A stretch of 64,000 nt of DNA from Candidatus Woesearchaeota archaeon (GCA_038874655.1 JAVZBY010000002.1:57335-121334), one strand, 5' to 3'. Shown: positions 1 to 9,650, counted from the first letter of the stretch. The notes: generated by a model from the sequence alone, not told the origin. Numbers and translations: made by a program.

Positions 1-1022
1 TTTTTTAATTGAACGGGATTACAAGAAACATAAATAATTACTTCTGGCTCTAATTCTTTTAATCTTATAATTGCCTTTTGCTCCATTCCACTTCTAGGTG
101 GATCTGTTATTACAAATAATGGTTTTTTTAAATTTGCTTTATAAATCTGTTTAGCATCTAAAACTAATGCTTTTATATTTTTCAAATTATTTAACTCAAT
201 ATTCTTGTTAGCAGCATCAATGCTAGCTTTAAAACTCTCAACAATAGTAGTTTCTTTAAATAATTCTGAATTTGTGATTCCAAAAATACCAACACCTCCA
301 TATAAATCTAATAAATAAGAATTTCTAGTCTGCTCTAAGCCGTATTCTTTTAATAAACCATTGACATATTCAACCATTTTTTCAGCCATAACAGAATTAT
401 TTTGAAAAAATCCCTGAATTGAAAACTGAAATTTTTTTCCTAAAAACTTTTCAAATAAAAATTCATTTCCCTTTACCATAAAAAAATTTTCAGAAACACT
501 AACTTCACTCCCAGCAGGAACATAAGTAATAGCAACTTTATCAGCCTGTGTTATTTCAGAAAATTTCTTAATTTTTTCAATTGCTTTATCCAACTTAGTT
601 GAATTTTCATTTAAAACAAAAGAAATGCTTGTTTCTTTTACTGATCTAATTACAACATGCTTAAAAGTTCCTGTTTTCTTTATTAAATCATAAGCATCAA
701 TATCTAAAACATCTATAAAATAATCCCTAACTTCTTTCATTAAAGAATTAATCTTTTCATTAGCAATAACACATTGTTCAACATCAACAATAGCAAACCA
801 TTTATCCTTTTCTCTTAAACCTAAACCCTTTTTATGAAATATAAAGTCCATTCTATTTCTATAATAGTAAGGTTTATCAAAAAAAATCTTTATTTTTTCT
901 ATATCAAAATTAGTTACATGTTTAACCAAATTCTTTTTATTTTCTATTTGAAGATTATAATCAATATGCTGAGCAGAACAACCACCGCATTTTCTAAAAT
1001 AAGGACATAATGGAATAGCCAT
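1..1022 (-). CDS. RNA (uracil-5)-methyltransferase, RumA/TrmA family; C-terminal end cut by window edge
   Basis: Absent from the ORF track because its stop lies outside the window. My reverse-strand translation from the ATG at 1022..1020 gives MAIPLCPYFRKCGGCSAQH (Cys cluster as in RumA-type Fe-S enzymes), then LLDLYGGVGIFG (SAM motif I), ITDPPRSGM and IIYVSCNP. The frame stays open to position 1. Confidence 0.8.
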   Translation of the reverse strand, partial: MAIPLCPYFRKCGGCSAQHIDYNLQIENKKNLVKHVTNFDIEKIKIFFDKPYYYRNRMDFIFHKKGLGLREKDKWFAIVDVEQCVIANEKINSLMKEVRDYFIDVLDIDAYDLIKKTGTFKHVVIRSVKETSISFVLNENSTKLDKAIEKIKKFSEITQADKVAITYVPAGSEVSVSENFFMVKGNEFLFEKFLGKKFQFSIQGFFQNNSVMAEKMVEYVNGLLKEYGLEQTRNSYLLDLYGGVGIFGITNSELFKETTIVESFKASIDAANKNIELNNLKNIKALVLDAKQIYKANLKKPLFVITDPPRSGMEQKAIIRLKELEPEVIIYVSCNPVQLK

Positions 1023-1139
1023 ATTGTATTGAAAAAAAAGATTTTTTATAATCTTATTGAAAAAAGATAAAAATCTCTAATTTTCATTTTATAATACAAA
1101 TAAAATACATTTATAATACAATTATACTACATCAAAACA

Positions 1140-1147
1140 TTTAAATA
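1140..1147 (+). promoter_or_regulatory. Candidate archaeal TATA box (TTTAAATA) upstream of the RHH/surface-protein operon
   Basis: Exact TTTAAATA about 135 nt upstream of the 1283 start. Three TATAATACAA copies lie nearby (about 1090, 1112 and 1167). In AT-rich DNA such matches can arise by chance. Confidence 0.25.
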
Positions 1148-1282
1148 CTACATTTGTAATCTTTTTATAATACAAGTATAATATATGCTGTAAAAACTAA
1201 CTCAGTATACAAAAAAATACAAAAGATATTACAGAAAAATCAAATCCTAATTAAAAATGAAAATAAAAAATTTAGAGCATAA

Positions 1283-1447
1283 ATGAAACAACAATCAAAA
1301 GAAATTTCAATTTTAAATGTTAGATTGCCTGATGAAATTATTTCTTGGATAGATGAACTTGTCAAGAATGAAATTTTTAATTCAAGATCTGAAGCTATTA
1401 GAGAATTTTCCCGAGAATATGTCTTAAAAATGAGAGGTTTGAAATAA
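1283..1447 (+). CDS. Ribbon-helix-helix (CopG/Arc/MetJ-like) DNA-binding protein, 54 aa
   Basis: Too short for the ORF track. My translation is MKQQSKEISILNVRLPDEIISWIDELVKNEIFNSRSEAIREFSREYVLKMRGLK. It shows a beta-strand (LNVRLP), helix A, and the typical SRSEAIR start of helix B. Confidence 0.6.
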   Translation: MKQQSKEISILNVRLPDEIISWIDELVKNEIFNSRSEAIREFSREYVLKMRGLK

Positions 1448-1468
1448 TTAAATAATAAAAAAAACAAA

Positions 1469-1732
1469 ATGCCTGACAAAATTATTTCAGTTAGAATGCC
1501 AAAGTCATTAATAAATGAATTAAAAGAATTAGCAGATAAAAATCATTATTTAGATGTTAGTGAAGAAGTCAGAGCATTACTTAGACAAAAATACTTAGAG
1601 CATCAAGATCCTTATTCAATTAAATTAATGGCTATAAAAGAAAGCATTTCAAAACATGCGGTTCCTGAAAAAATAAAATCCTTGAAAGAAGACCTAAAAA
1701 AACTATTGGAGGAATTAAATGCTTTACAATAA
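1469..1732 (+). CDS. Ribbon-helix-helix protein with C-terminal helical extension
   Basis: IISVRMPKSLINELKELADKNHYLDVSEEVRALLRQ fits the RHH strand-helix-helix pattern. The gene overlaps the next gene by 14 nt. Confidence 0.55.
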   Translation: MPDKIISVRMPKSLINELKELADKNHYLDVSEEVRALLRQKYLEHQDPYSIKLMAIKESISKHAVPEKIKSLKEDLKKLLEELNALQ

Positions 1733-4700
1733 TTTTATTCAAAATAAAGCGAGAATTAAAAAAATTAAAATACATAAATATTCATGGTTATTATTTTTTG
1801 TTATAATCCTAATTAGTAGTTTAACTACAAAATACTTTATTGATGCAAATGCACAAGAAATCAACCAAACAATAATTAATCAATCTATTAATCAAACAAT
1901 TTTAAATTCAACATTAATAGTTTGGCACACTAACAATACTTTTGTTAATGAAACTATAATCTTTTACGCGTTATACAAAAACCAAACAAACCAACACATA
2001 ACAATATTAGATAATGCAACATGTATTATAGAAATTGAAAATCAAAAAAATTTAATGCAATTTGATCAGTCTAATAAAACTTATTTCATAGAAAAAACCT
2101 TTTTTGAAAATAAAACTTATAATTATAATATTAATTGCAATTCAACAAAATATCAATCCAAAGAATTTACAGATATTATTTTAATAAGGTTAAACAATTT
2201 ATCAAATAACTATTTACCAAATAACTCGTTATTGAATTATTCAACAAATTTTTCATCTAATACTACACTATCAAACATAACAAATAATAGTTCTCAAAAT
2301 ATATCTCAAAATTTAACTAATTTAATTGATTTGGATAATGATGGCTTTAATAATTCAATAGATTGTGATGACTTAAATCCAAACATAAACCCAGGAAAAA
2401 AAGAAATTCTTTATAATAATATTGATGATGATTGTAATATTTATACAAATGATTATTTAATTTTAAATTTAAATACAGACAAATCATTATATCAGCCAAA
2501 TGAGGTTGTAAAAATAACTATAAACTCCATAAATTTCTCTGACACATATCTAACAATAAACACACCAACAAATATATCTTATGTTTATATCTTTACAAAT
2601 AAAACATACCCCTTAACTCATAATTTTTCATTAACACAATCTAGCGGAAGATATACTATAGAAGCGATAAACTATCTTGAAAATTATTCTATACAAAATT
2701 CAATTGAATTTAATGTTACCTCAAACTTTAATGTTGATATTTTTGTTAATCAGACAGAAGCATATGAAAATGAAAAAATACACTTTAAAGCAATAATCAC
2801 AGGGAACATAGGAAATGTTAATATGATATGGAAAATGGATGACAATAATGAAGTTTACCAAAGTGAATTTGATTATAATTACACATATGCTAGATTATAT
2901 AATGTTGTTTTAATAGCGACAGATCAAGGTGGAAATCAAATAGTAAAAACAAAGCAAATAGCAATAAACAAAAAATACTTTTTAAGAATAAAAGTTATTG
3001 ATAATTCTACAAATGAAATTATATCTAATGCTACAATTAGACTAGATACAATAACACAAAAAGTAAATTCAACAGGTGAATTTGAATTTTTTATAACAAA
3101 TAAAACCTATAATATAAAAGTATTAGCAGATAACTATTATAGTTATGAAGACGATTTAAAAATTAATAATTCTTTATTATTTACTGTAAAATTAGTTAAG
3201 AACTTAGATTATGTTATTCCAGAAATTTATTTATTAAGCCCACAAAATAATACAGAAATAACCTCAACTAATAATCTTGAAATAAAATTCAAATTTAATG
3301 ATAACTCAAATGCAGATTGTTCATTATTAATTTCAAATGGAGATCAATGGTGGCAAGAATATCAAACATTATATAATTTATCTTCAAATTCAGAATACTT
3401 ATTTAAACTAAATTTATCTGATCTTTCAGATATTAATGATAAATTAATCTATAAACTAAAATGTATTGATGATGATGAAAACATAGCATATACCCAAAAT
3501 TATTTTTTAAATATTTTAAACAATCAAAAGTTAAATCAAGAAAATAATGTAGAAATAACACAAACATCTTCCAATGATACAGAACAAGAAACAACTTATC
3601 AAGTCATAGAAAACATATATAGTGTGATTCCAGATTTTGACACTTATAGTCCAGATGACAAGAAAATAGTTGAATACTTAGACATGGAAACTTTAATTAA
3701 AGATGCAAAAAGAAAACTTGAAATGGCTAACAGAGATCTATTTAATTTAAGATATAAACCTGACACAGAATCAATATTACAAGCAAGAGATGAAATCTAT
3801 CAAAGAATAGAAAAAATAAAAGATGAAACTCCTTTATCTGTAAGCACGAAGAAAAAAGTAAACTTTGTTAAATACGTAGATGAAAACGAAATTGAAAATT
3901 ACTTTGAAGAATATATAAAACTAAAAAACTTAAACATAGATAAAAATCTAAAAAAGAAATTAATAGAACAAAACAAACTTCTGCAGAAAAAATCAACTAT
4001 TGAAACAACAGCATACAATGTAGAAATTAAATATATTTCTGGCAGAATACAAGATATTACTTTATTAGTAAGGAATATTGATTCAGATTTATTATCAAAT
4101 CTAAATTTAGTTGAATTTGTTCCAAAAGATATAGAAGAGACAACTGACAACATGGTTTTTATAACCCAAGCACAAATATTAAATAAAGATCCTGTAATTG
4201 AATATGATTTATCAAAATTAAATGAGATTGTTTATTATTTTAAAGAATCTATTTCATTAGATGATTTACCTAAAATAAAACCTTTATTGATAACAACAAA
4301 ATTAGATGAAACCTCAAACAAAATAACAGGATTTGCTATATTTGATAATCTTGGTTTTTCAGAAACAAACAAAAAAATATTCATAATTGAATTAATAATT
4401 ATTTTTATCTTGTTAGGAATTTATTTATACTTCTATTTCACAAATAGAGAAACAATTGTTATAACAAATAATAATGATAAAAATAGTAATAAAAATCAAA
4501 ACAATGAATTCCAAGCATATACAAAAGATATGTCAAAACATTACTTAAATGTTAGACAATATGAATTTACTAATGAGAGCATATCAAAAGAAAATTCCCA
4601 AATAAATAAATTCTCACAAGCAAAAACTTTTGTAGATAATGAAAAAGTAAATTACATTTTTTCAGTTTTATCAAAAGCAGAGCATGACATCTCTAATAAG

Positions 4701-5036
4701 CAAATAAAAAATGCAGCTTTAAAATATCATGAACTTAAATTTTTATATGAATTATTAAACAAAAAAGACCAAAAAATCATTAAACCCTATTTGATAAACT
4801 TAATTGACAAAATAACACTTTATCATATTAATGAATTGCATGACTTAGCTATTTATGAATTAACTATGGGCAATCTAGAAAATGCTCTAAATTATTATAA
4901 TGAAATAGAACAAGAATATGAAAAACTATCAGAAAAATCAAAAGATAAAATTTTTGGAAAATGCTGCCAATTAGCAATTTTAATAAAAAATAATTCACTA
5001 AATAATTCATTATTTATAAAAAACACTCAAAAATAA
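1719..5036 (+). CDS. Large surface protein: N-terminal signal/TM, sequon-rich ectodomain, TM, ~190-aa cytoplasmic helical tail
   Basis: The ORF is 1105 aa in DNA where stop codons should be frequent. Motifs seen: hydrophobic N-terminus WLLFFVIILISSL; DLDNDGFNNSIDCDDLNPNINPGKKE..DDDCN (DxDxDG/Cys metal-binding-like); a PKD-like segment (IHFKAIITGN..YNVVLIATDQGGN); a CarboxypepD_reg-like segment (LRIKVIDNSTNE..YNIKVLADNYY); an Ig-like repeat (VIPEIYLLSPQNNTE..KCIDDDEN); and a TM IFIIELIIIFILLGIYLYFYF near aa 887. Confidence 0.75.
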   Translation: MLYNNFIQNKARIKKIKIHKYSWLLFFVIILISSLTTKYFIDANAQEINQTIINQSINQTILNSTLIVWHTNNTFVNETIIFYALYKNQTNQHITILDNATCIIEIENQKNLMQFDQSNKTYFIEKTFFENKTYNYNINCNSTKYQSKEFTDIILIRLNNLSNNYLPNNSLLNYSTNFSSNTTLSNITNNSSQNISQNLTNLIDLDNDGFNNSIDCDDLNPNINPGKKEILYNNIDDDCNIYTNDYLILNLNTDKSLYQPNEVVKITINSINFSDTYLTINTPTNISYVYIFTNKTYPLTHNFSLTQSSGRYTIEAINYLENYSIQNSIEFNVTSNFNVDIFVNQTEAYENEKIHFKAIITGNIGNVNMIWKMDDNNEVYQSEFDYNYTYARLYNVVLIATDQGGNQIVKTKQIAINKKYFLRIKVIDNSTNEIISNATIRLDTITQKVNSTGEFEFFITNKTYNIKVLADNYYSYEDDLKINNSLLFTVKLVKNLDYVIPEIYLLSPQNNTEITSTNNLEIKFKFNDNSNADCSLLISNGDQWWQEYQTLYNLSSNSEYLFKLNLSDLSDINDKLIYKLKCIDDDENIAYTQNYFLNILNNQKLNQENNVEITQTSSNDTEQETTYQVIENIYSVIPDFDTYSPDDKKIVEYLDMETLIKDAKRKLEMANRDLFNLRYKPDTESILQARDEIYQRIEKIKDETPLSVSTKKKVNFVKYVDENEIENYFEEYIKLKNLNIDKNLKKKLIEQNKLLQKKSTIETTAYNVEIKYISGRIQDITLLVRNIDSDLLSNLNLVEFVPKDIEETTDNMVFITQAQILNKDPVIEYDLSKLNEIVYYFKESISLDDLPKIKPLLITTKLDETSNKITGFAIFDNLGFSETNKKIFIIELIIIFILLGIYLYFYFTNRETIVITNNNDKNSNKNQNNEFQAYTKDMSKHYLNVRQYEFTNESISKENSQINKFSQAKTFVDNEKVNYIFSVLSKAEHDISNKQIKNAALKYHELKFLYELLNKKDQKIIKPYLINLIDKITLYHINELHDLAIYELTMGNLENALNYYNEIEQEYEKLSEKSKDKIFGKCCQLAILIKNNSLNNSLFIKNTQK

Positions 5037-5037
5037 A

Positions 5038-8000
5038 ATGTTTAAAAAGATAAAAAAAGAACTAAAAAAAGAGGAAAATAATAAAAATAAGGATAAAAAT
5101 AGTGGCATATTTAGATTCATGTATAAATTTAAAAAAATAGATTTTGCTAAACTTAACTTAAATATAGAGATTATTCTTTCAAATTTATTAATTATTTTAC
5201 TAATTGTTATTGCTATAATTTCTTTACTAATTTTAAGAGATTTTATAGGATATGTTCCTGGCTATAATCAAGCTCAAGGTGGTAGAATTACAGAATTAAA
5301 CATATATCAAGTTTATCCTGCAAGTATATGGAATGGTGTATATGGAATTGCATTACAAGCGCCTGTATTTAATACATCTTGGTTTATTTATGCAAATCCA
5401 GCAGGTATGTCTGAAATAAATCCTATTTATCCTTGTTTTGAGCCAGAGATTGAACATGAATTGTATGCAACCACTTTAAGCCCTTCACAAATAGTCTGGG
5501 AAAATATTACAGCAGCAACACCACAAATGTTAGATGATTATGTGGGTATTTCTTATAATGAATCCATGTCAGCAACGAAAAATTTCATTTATACAATGAC
5601 TGTTGATATTGGAACAAGAACAATTCCAAATGTTCCTACAATGTATTTAAGGCAATATGATAATCCAGGTAGCAGAGAATTTCCAGTAGGTATTTTACAA
5701 TATAATGGAAATATTATTATGGTTTCAAAAATAAACCCAAGTTATTTAACAGGCTATAGACCAGATAAAATCTTTAATTTTGAAATGATTGTTCCAGTTC
5801 CAATTAATACAACTAATTTGAAATATAATTTATATGTTGATCCTTTTGATTACTGTCCTCAAGGAGAGGCAGGAGAGAAAAAAATTCCAAGTAATATTCA
5901 AGGTTATGTTAGAGATAATCAAACACAGCAATTATTAGAAAATGCATTGGTTGCAATAGGAACAAGAATTTATATTACTGGGCCAGATGGAATTTACAAT
6001 ATTACTAACATACAACCAGGTAATTATTATATTGTAGCCATAAAAACAGGATTTAATAATTTTGTTTCTAATGTAACTATTCCAGAAAACACAACTATAG
6101 AATATAATATTAGTATGGAACTTTATCAAGAGCCATTAACAGGAACAGGCCCAGGAATTGGAACAGGGATTGGCCCTGGACAAGATGCACCAGGAACACA
6201 AACAAAATCAGGTGAAGGTCCTGGAATTGGTCCAGGTATTGGTCCTGGAATTGGGCCTTTTATTGAAAAACCACAAGAATTTGGAATTGATCACTGGCTT
6301 TCTTTAGATAAATTAAAAAAGAAAATCAAGATTGGATATTTCTTTACAGATAATTTATTAATATTTAGTTTCAGAAAAGAAACAGCAAAAATACAAATAA
6401 AAATTACAGGAAATGCATCAAAAATTTTAGAATTAAGTGATACACAAGCAACAATAGAACAAAATAAATATGCTAATATTACAATTAGAGGGTTTGGTTT
6501 AGAAAAAGGTGTTTATACTGGATTTTTAGAATTATCTGGAGATTTTAATGATACTTTGCCAATAGAAATAACAGTTACAGATGAAGAAAAATTACCTATT
6601 GAAGCAATGTTGATGCAATTAGATGTTTTAACAAAGCATCCATTAATGGGAAATAAGTTTAAATTTAGAGTGAATCTACAGAATTTATTAATAGAAGATT
6701 CTTATAATGTAAGATTAGACTATTATATTAGAGGGGTTGAAGCAGAAACTTCTAATTATTCAATGTATGTTGGCAATGATACTTTAACATTGTTTACTTC
6801 AGAATCAATAATAAAGGAAACATTTATTCCACCAGATTGGTCAAAAGGTGAATACTATTTAATTGTTGAAGCAAATTATTTAGATTTAAATGCAAGAACT
6901 TCTACAATTTTTGAAGTTTATGAACCTATCTATAAATATAAAGTATTAGGTAAATTAGAATTGTGGAAATTATTATTAGCTTTATTGATTTTAGCTTTGT
7001 TAATAATTATTATTTTATTGATTAGGCATAGAATTAATGCAACTAAAAGGTTCCATGCAAAAGTTGAATATAACCTATTGCCAAAAAAAGGTCCAAGATC
7101 TTTGTATGTAGGAAAAATTGCAGAAACAGAAATAGATACTTATTTTGATATGGATAAATTAACTGTTCATACTATTATAGCAGGTTCTACTGGAGGTGGT
7201 AAATCTATTTCAGCACAAGTGATTGTAGAAGAATGTCTATTAAAAGGAGTTGCTGTTGTTGTTTTTGATCCTACAGCACAATGGACAGGAATGCTTAGAA
7301 AATGTACAGATGAAAAAATGCTATCCTTTTACCCAAGATTCCATATGACTAAAAAAGATGCTCGTGCATTTAATGGAAACATCAGAGCAATAAAAAATCC
7401 TAGAGAAAAAATAGATTTAATGAAATATTGGAAACCTGGCGAAATCCAAGTATTCACTACAAGTACATTAGATCCAAAAGATATGGATATTTTTGTAGCT
7501 AATACAGTTAGAGAAGTATTCCATTCAAATTTACAAGAATACAGAGGATTAAGAATGTTAATGGTTTACGATGAAGTTCATAGATTATTGCCCAAATTTG
7601 GTGGCTCAGGTGAAGGTTTTGTCCAAATTGAAAGAGCATGTAGAGAATTTAGAAAATGGGGTATTGGTGTAATGCTAGTTTCACAAGTTTTAGCAGACTT
7701 CGTTGGACAAATTAAAGCTAACATTAACACAGAAATTCAAATGAAAACCAGGGATGAAGGTGATTTGCAAAGAATTGAAACAAAATACGGCAAAAGCTAC
7801 ATTCAAGAGTTAGTTAAAGCACCAGTAGGAAGTGGTATGGTGCAAAATTCTGATTGGAACAGAGGTAAACCCTATTATGTTACATTTAGACCAATTATGC
7901 ACAGTGTAGTAAGATTAACAGATCAAGAATTAGAACAATACAATAAATATAATGAAATTGTTGATGATTTATCATATCAATTAGAACAATTAGAACAAGA

Positions 8001-8697
8001 AGGAAAAGATGTTTTTGATTTAAAATTAGAATTAAAATTAGCATTAGACAAAATAAAATCAGGAAGCTTTAACATGGTTGAAATTTATTTAGAAGGGTTA
8101 AAACCAAGAATAGAAAAAATATGGCAAGAGCTTGGAAAAACACCTAAAAAAAGAGAAATTGAATTGGTTTCAGAAGAAGAGTTAAAATCAGCAATTGAAT
8201 CAGCAAAAAAAGAAAGTGAGCAATTAAAAACAACACAAACAAATTCAGGAACCGAGGAGAAAAAAGTCCTCGGTTTAAATGACGAAGTTCCTCCAAACAA
8301 AATATTGAAATTAGTAAATGGCACATTAGTTGTTAAATTAAAAGCATTGTATGATGAAATAAACGCATTAAAAGATGAAGAATTTAAACAACATGTAAAT
8401 GAAGACAAAAATGACTTTTCAGTGTGGATAAGAGATGCATTAAGCAATGACAAATGGGCTGATATTGCAGACACAATATTAACAAAAGAAGATTATTTAG
8501 CATTTTTAGAAGCATTAGATCAAGGAAAAGAAAAAACCTTCAAAGTAAAAACACCAAGACCAAAACCCTTTTCAAGTAAAAAAGATACAGGGACAAATAC
8601 ACAACAACAAAACACAAATCAAGAAAACACAAAACAACAAACAACAGAAAATCAATCTTCACAGAATTCGCAAACAAATCAACCAAATACAAATTAA
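5038..8697 (+). CDS. Membrane-embedded HerA/FtsK-superfamily (DUF87-like) P-loop ATPase with ~570-aa ectodomain and a C-terminal HVNxxKNDFxxW module
   Basis: TM1 is ILSNLLIILLIVIAIISLLIL. The ectodomain contains a CarboxypepD_reg-like segment (IQGYVRDNQTQQ..GNYYIVAIKTGF) and GPGIG repeats. TM2 is LWKLLLALLILALLIIIILLI (nt ~6961-7023). ATPase motifs are Walker A GSTGGGKS (7183..7206), FDPTAQW, Walker B MLMVYDEVH (7561..7581) and GIGVMLVSQ. The start codon lies 1 nt after the upstream stop. Confidence 0.8.
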   Translation: MFKKIKKELKKEENNKNKDKNSGIFRFMYKFKKIDFAKLNLNIEIILSNLLIILLIVIAIISLLILRDFIGYVPGYNQAQGGRITELNIYQVYPASIWNGVYGIALQAPVFNTSWFIYANPAGMSEINPIYPCFEPEIEHELYATTLSPSQIVWENITAATPQMLDDYVGISYNESMSATKNFIYTMTVDIGTRTIPNVPTMYLRQYDNPGSREFPVGILQYNGNIIMVSKINPSYLTGYRPDKIFNFEMIVPVPINTTNLKYNLYVDPFDYCPQGEAGEKKIPSNIQGYVRDNQTQQLLENALVAIGTRIYITGPDGIYNITNIQPGNYYIVAIKTGFNNFVSNVTIPENTTIEYNISMELYQEPLTGTGPGIGTGIGPGQDAPGTQTKSGEGPGIGPGIGPGIGPFIEKPQEFGIDHWLSLDKLKKKIKIGYFFTDNLLIFSFRKETAKIQIKITGNASKILELSDTQATIEQNKYANITIRGFGLEKGVYTGFLELSGDFNDTLPIEITVTDEEKLPIEAMLMQLDVLTKHPLMGNKFKFRVNLQNLLIEDSYNVRLDYYIRGVEAETSNYSMYVGNDTLTLFTSESIIKETFIPPDWSKGEYYLIVEANYLDLNARTSTIFEVYEPIYKYKVLGKLELWKLLLALLILALLIIIILLIRHRINATKRFHAKVEYNLLPKKGPRSLYVGKIAETEIDTYFDMDKLTVHTIIAGSTGGGKSISAQVIVEECLLKGVAVVVFDPTAQWTGMLRKCTDEKMLSFYPRFHMTKKDARAFNGNIRAIKNPREKIDLMKYWKPGEIQVFTTSTLDPKDMDIFVANTVREVFHSNLQEYRGLRMLMVYDEVHRLLPKFGGSGEGFVQIERACREFRKWGIGVMLVSQVLADFVGQIKANINTEIQMKTRDEGDLQRIETKYGKSYIQELVKAPVGSGMVQNSDWNRGKPYYVTFRPIMHSVVRLTDQELEQYNKYNEIVDDLSYQLEQLEQEGKDVFDLKLELKLALDKIKSGSFNMVEIYLEGLKPRIEKIWQELGKTPKKREIELVSEEELKSAIESAKKESEQLKTTQTNSGTEEKKVLGLNDEVPPNKILKLVNGTLVVKLKALYDEINALKDEEFKQHVNEDKNDFSVWIRDALSNDKWADIADTILTKEDYLAFLEALDQGKEKTFKVKTPRPKPFSSKKDTGTNTQQQNTNQENTKQQTTENQSSQNSQTNQPNTN
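6139..6258 (+). repeat. In-frame elastin-like GPGIG/GTGIG repeat linker in the ATPase ectodomain
   Basis: GTGPGIGTGIGPGQDAPGTQTKSGEGPGIGPGIGPGIGPF. The stretch is locally GC-rich within AT-rich DNA. Confidence 0.9.
8296..8520 (+). other. HVNxxKNDFxxWIxD module, copy 1 (C-terminus of the HerA-like ATPase)
   Basis: KILKLVNGTLVVKLKALYDEINALKDEEFKQHVNEDKNDFSVWIRDALSNDKWADIADTI. Confidence 0.85.
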
Positions 8698-8753
8698 TAA
8701 ATAAATACATAAAAAATTAATAAATCAATATTTAATAATATTATTAATAAAAA

Positions 8754-9650
8754 ATGGCACAAATTGAAACTAAAAGTTCAAATTACTTTTATCTAAAAGA
8801 TGGAAGAATAATAAAAACAATAGAAGAACTTCCAGATATTTTAGAAAATACTAGTGATCAAGTTTTTTATGAACATGTTAATCTTTATAAAAATGATTTT
8901 GCTAAATGGGTTTATGAAGTTTTTAATGAAAATGAACTATCAAAATTATTGGGCAATATAAAATCAAAAGAAGAAACAATTAGAACATTGAGAGCATATC
9001 TTAAAATAAAAGAGCAGAAAAAATTAAAAGAAGAAAAACAAAACAAAAATGAAAACATAAACGAAAATCTTTCTATTCATCAAACAAATGAAACTTTCAT
9101 AAAAAACACAGAAATAAAAATAGAAGACAAAAAAAAAGAAATAAATGAAACCTCACTAAAAAAAGAAATAAATGAAGAAAAAATAAATGAAACTCAAAAC
9201 CAATTTAATAATAATATAAAAAAAGAGATACAAAATAATAATGAAAAAATTTCTGATAAATTAGAAACTACTCTAAAAAGTCAAGAAACAATTTATAATG
9301 AAAATAATACTGAAAACCCAGATGATTTCTTTAAGAAAAATCCAATCATAATTGATAACATCATAGAAGCAAAAAAAGAAAACATAGTTTTAGAACCATT
9401 AACATTTATAGATTATGATAAAAATAATCCCAAAAAAACAATAGAGATTTTCAAAGACACATATGCAAAAGCATACCAAAGAATGAGTTTTCTTAGAAAG
9501 TCAGGATTTGATACTTCTTTAGTAGAAATAATGTTATTTAGGGTTTTGCCAAAAATCAAATTATATGAATCAACAAACGAAGAAAAAGATGCCTTAACAG
9601 TAAAAAGATTAATTAATGAAGTAATAGAAGAGTTAAATAATTTAAAATAA
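8754..9650 (+). CDS. Soluble protein with N-terminal HVNxxKNDFxxW module and Lys/Glu/Asn-rich middle
   Basis: FYLKDGRIIKTIEELPDILENTSDQVFYEHVNLYKNDFAKWVYEVFNENELSKLLGNIKSKEE lies at aa 11-83 (nt ~8784-9002). No TM segment is visible. Confidence 0.7.
   Translation: MAQIETKSSNYFYLKDGRIIKTIEELPDILENTSDQVFYEHVNLYKNDFAKWVYEVFNENELSKLLGNIKSKEETIRTLRAYLKIKEQKKLKEEKQNKNENINENLSIHQTNETFIKNTEIKIEDKKKEINETSLKKEINEEKINETQNQFNNNIKKEIQNNNEKISDKLETTLKSQETIYNENNTENPDDFFKKNPIIIDNIIEAKKENIVLEPLTFIDYDKNNPKKTIEIFKDTYAKAYQRMSFLRKSGFDTSLVEIMLFRVLPKIKLYESTNEEKDALTVKRLINEVIEELNNLK

Noticed and set aside
1240-1479. 79-aa minus-strand ORF from the track
   Set aside because: It is antisense to a convincing RHH gene (1283-1447). 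Its translation is a low-complexity Phe/Ile/Ser/Leu string, typical of shadow ORFs in AT-rich DNA.
1283-1732. RHH pair as a toxin-antitoxin module
   Set aside because: Both ORFs look like RHH DNA-binding proteins. No RelE, ParE, VapC or CcdB-like partner is adjacent.
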